In this document: piece by piece, positions 61,969-64,000 of the stretch
How positions within the stretch are numbered: the stretch's first letter is position 1
How the letters are laid out: the number at the start of each line of letters is the position of its first letter
From: an uncultured Candidatus Saccharibacteria bacterium
Lineage (GTDB): Bacteria; Patescibacteriota; Minisyncoccia; Phycocordibacterales; DATDWN01
DNA: 64,000 bases
Assembly: GCA_964596875.1 (NCBI GenBank)
Contig: CAZQVT010000001.1
Coordinates: 42,514-106,513, forward strand
Direction of reading: 5' to 3'
Position numbers and translations under genes: made by a program
Notes under the pieces: generated by a model
Seen by the model: the letters and a program-made list of their open reading frames with translations, nothing else
Told to the model about the DNA's origin: nothing
Database searches by the model: none

Positions 61969-64000
61969 TATGCAAAAAACAAAAACTGCGCGTCCACAAA
62001 AGTTTTTCAGTCGTTTCAAAGAACCTCTAATCCCTACACCAAACTTCGTTGAACCACAACTGGAGTCTTTTAAGGCACTTATAGAAAAGGGCCTAAAAGA
62101 GGTGTTTGAAGAGTTTTCTTCTATAAAAGATTTCTCTGGAAAGAAGTTCACACTAGATTTTACAGGTTTTGAACTGTCAGAACCAAAATATGATGAGTAC
62201 TACGCAAAAGACAACAAGCTTTCATACGAAGCTCCTTTGAAAGCAAGAGTTAGACTAAAGAATCACATACTAGGTACTGAAAAAGAACAAGAGATCTTCA
62301 TGGCGGATTTTCCACTTATGACATCTCACGGAACTTTCATAATATCTGGTATTGAAAGAATCATCGTGCCTCAACTTGCAAGATCATACGGAGTATTTTT
62401 CACTGCTACAGAAATCAAGGGACGAAAGTTTTTTGGAGCAAAGATTATTCCATCTAGAGGCGCTTGGGTTGAGATCGAGTCAGACAGTGAAGGTGTGCTT
62501 TCAGTAAGAATCGACCGAAAGAGAAAGTTTGCTGCAACTACACTACTTAGAGTATTGGGTGCAGAAACTGATGAAGACATCAAAGCCCTGTTTAAGGGAG
62601 ACGAGTTTGCCCGAAACTCAATCGAAAAAACACTACTTAAAGACCACACAAAGTCTATTGATGAAGCATATATAGATATTCACAAGAGACTACGTGATGG
62701 TGACCTTGCTACAGCAGAAAACGCAAAAGAGTTTGTCAATTCTATCTTTGACGCAGAAAGATATGACCTTTCACCTGTAGGACGACACCGATTCAACAAA
62801 AGATTTGGTCTAGACATGGGCGATAAGGAACTAAAGAGAAAAACTATCTCAGTTGCAGATGTTGCAGTTATAGTTTCTCATGTTGCAGCACTAAACAACA
62901 CTCCAAACGCAGTGGAGGACGATATTGACCACCTAGGCTCAAGAAGAGTTCGATTTGTTGGTGAACTATTCCAGCAAAATATTCGAAAGGGTATTGCACA
63001 AATAAAGAGAAACATCCAAAACAAAATGTCTACTATAGAGACAGATGTTACTTTGCCTGTACAGTTTGTTGCCCCAAGACCTCTACAAGCAAGAATCAAG
63101 GAATTTTTCACAACAAACCAACTTTCACAGTTCATGTTGCAAGAAAACCCAGTTGCAGAAATCGAGCACCTACGAACATTGTCTGCTCTTGGTCCAGGAG
63201 GACTAAACCGAACACGAGCAGGTTTCGAAGTTCGTGATGTTCACACATCTCACTACGGAAGAATCTGTCCTATCCATACACCAGAAGGACCAAACATTGG
63301 TCTAGTGTTGCGTCTTGCTATTTATGCAAGAATCAACAGTTTTGGAATGATCGAAACTCCATATGCAAAAGTTAAAAACGGAAAAGTTACAAACGAAATC
63401 GTATATCTAAATGCGTCAGAAGAAGAGTCATATGCTATCGCACACGCAGCAACTCCTATCGATGATAGTGGAAAGATTTTGGCTGACGAAGTTGAAGTAC
63501 GTGTAGAAGGTGAGCCTGCTACTGTAGATAGAGACAGAGTAGACTATATAGATGTTGCTACAAACCAAGCATTTTCTATTGCTACATCTATGATTCCTTT
63601 CCTAAACCACAACGAGGCTTCTCGAGCACTGATGGCATCTAACATGCAGAAACAAGCAACACCTTGTATTGTTCCAGAAGTTCCACTAGTTGCAACAGGT
63701 ATGGAAGCAGATGGTATCAAAGACGCCGGAAGACTACTTATCGCAAGTGAAGACGGAACAGTTACGGTTGCAGATGGAAACAAAATCGTAGTTAAAAACA
63801 GTAAGGGTAAAGAAACAGAACACAATCTTGTAAAGTTTTCTCGAACAAACGGTTTTACTGCTTTCCACCAGAGACCATCTGTTGATGTTGGTGACAAAGT
63901 AAAGAAAGGTGACGTTCTAGCAGATACTTCTTCAAGTAAAGACGGACAAGCGGCTATTGGTCAAAACATGCTAGTTGCTTTCATGTCATGGAGTGGTTCA
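61969..64000 (+). CDS. rpoB: DNA-directed RNA polymerase beta subunit, N-terminal ~677 codons (3' end outside window)
   Basis: open frame to window end; GAKIIPSRGAWVEIE, RFGLDMGDKELKR, rifampicin-cluster region GPGGLNRTRAGFEVRDVHTSHYGRICPIHTPEGPNIGL are rpoB hallmarks; promoter TTGACA-17-TATACT at 61712-61740. Confidence 0.9.

Noticed and set aside
1-64000. CRISPR array
   Set aside because: Repeats found are irregularly spaced, heterogeneous in sequence and intergenic one-offs; no regularly spaced direct repeats or cas genes.
1-64000. Alternative genetic code (UGA recoding as in Gracilibacteria/Absconditabacteria)
   Set aside because: All long housekeeping genes (dnaE, gyrB, pheT, smc, rnr, helicase, rpoB) are intact, uninterrupted ORFs under the standard code.

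Overview
This 64-kb window comes from a low-GC, gene-dense bacterial genome. By eye, background GC is roughly 35-40%. Several traits are typical of streamlined Patescibacteria/CPR-like genomes: a split transketolase, N-terminally truncated PheS and ThrRS, a short (~750 aa) SMC, and a NusB-Nudix fusion.

The backbone is ordinary housekeeping. It includes a glycolysis/pentose-phosphate cluster (gap, rpiB, rpe-like, tkt N+C, pfkB-type kinase, class II fba). It also has the translation genes rplY, rpmE, prfA, rpsB, tsf, pheS/pheT, thrS, rpmF, rpsP, trmD and one tRNA-Thr(UGU). Other core genes are gyrB, dnaE, rnhB, rnc, smc, rnr, lexA and the 5' two-thirds of rpoB. Cell-envelope genes include a GT2 synthase, sugar epimerases and an acyltransferase.

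Two layers sit on top of this backbone.

1. At least 11 short high-GC micro-islands, roughly 50-65% GC with GC3-rich codons. Each carries 1-3 small ORFs of 59-290 aa. Each is expressed from a host-type promoter (TTGACA-17-TGnTATAAT), a GGAGG Shine-Dalgarno sequence and a hairpin/T-run terminator. All are wedged between conserved housekeeping genes.

2. Several dispersed intergenic repeat families are present. One is a 115-nt element with a 9-bp hairpin and a possible target-site duplication. A second is a hairpin followed by GCAAGACCTT, often paired with an AAGGTGTACTGTTCCTGTAAGG module. A third is a CCTTAC/GTAAGG hairpin module found downstream of genes. There is also one IS200-like REP-associated tyrosine transposase flanked by perfect palindromes.

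A LexA gene with a perfect Cheo-type operator (GAACTATAGTTC) inside a consensus promoter is present. A compact methyltransferase-NADAR-cupin-HExxH operon is also present.

No CRISPR array or rRNA was seen.
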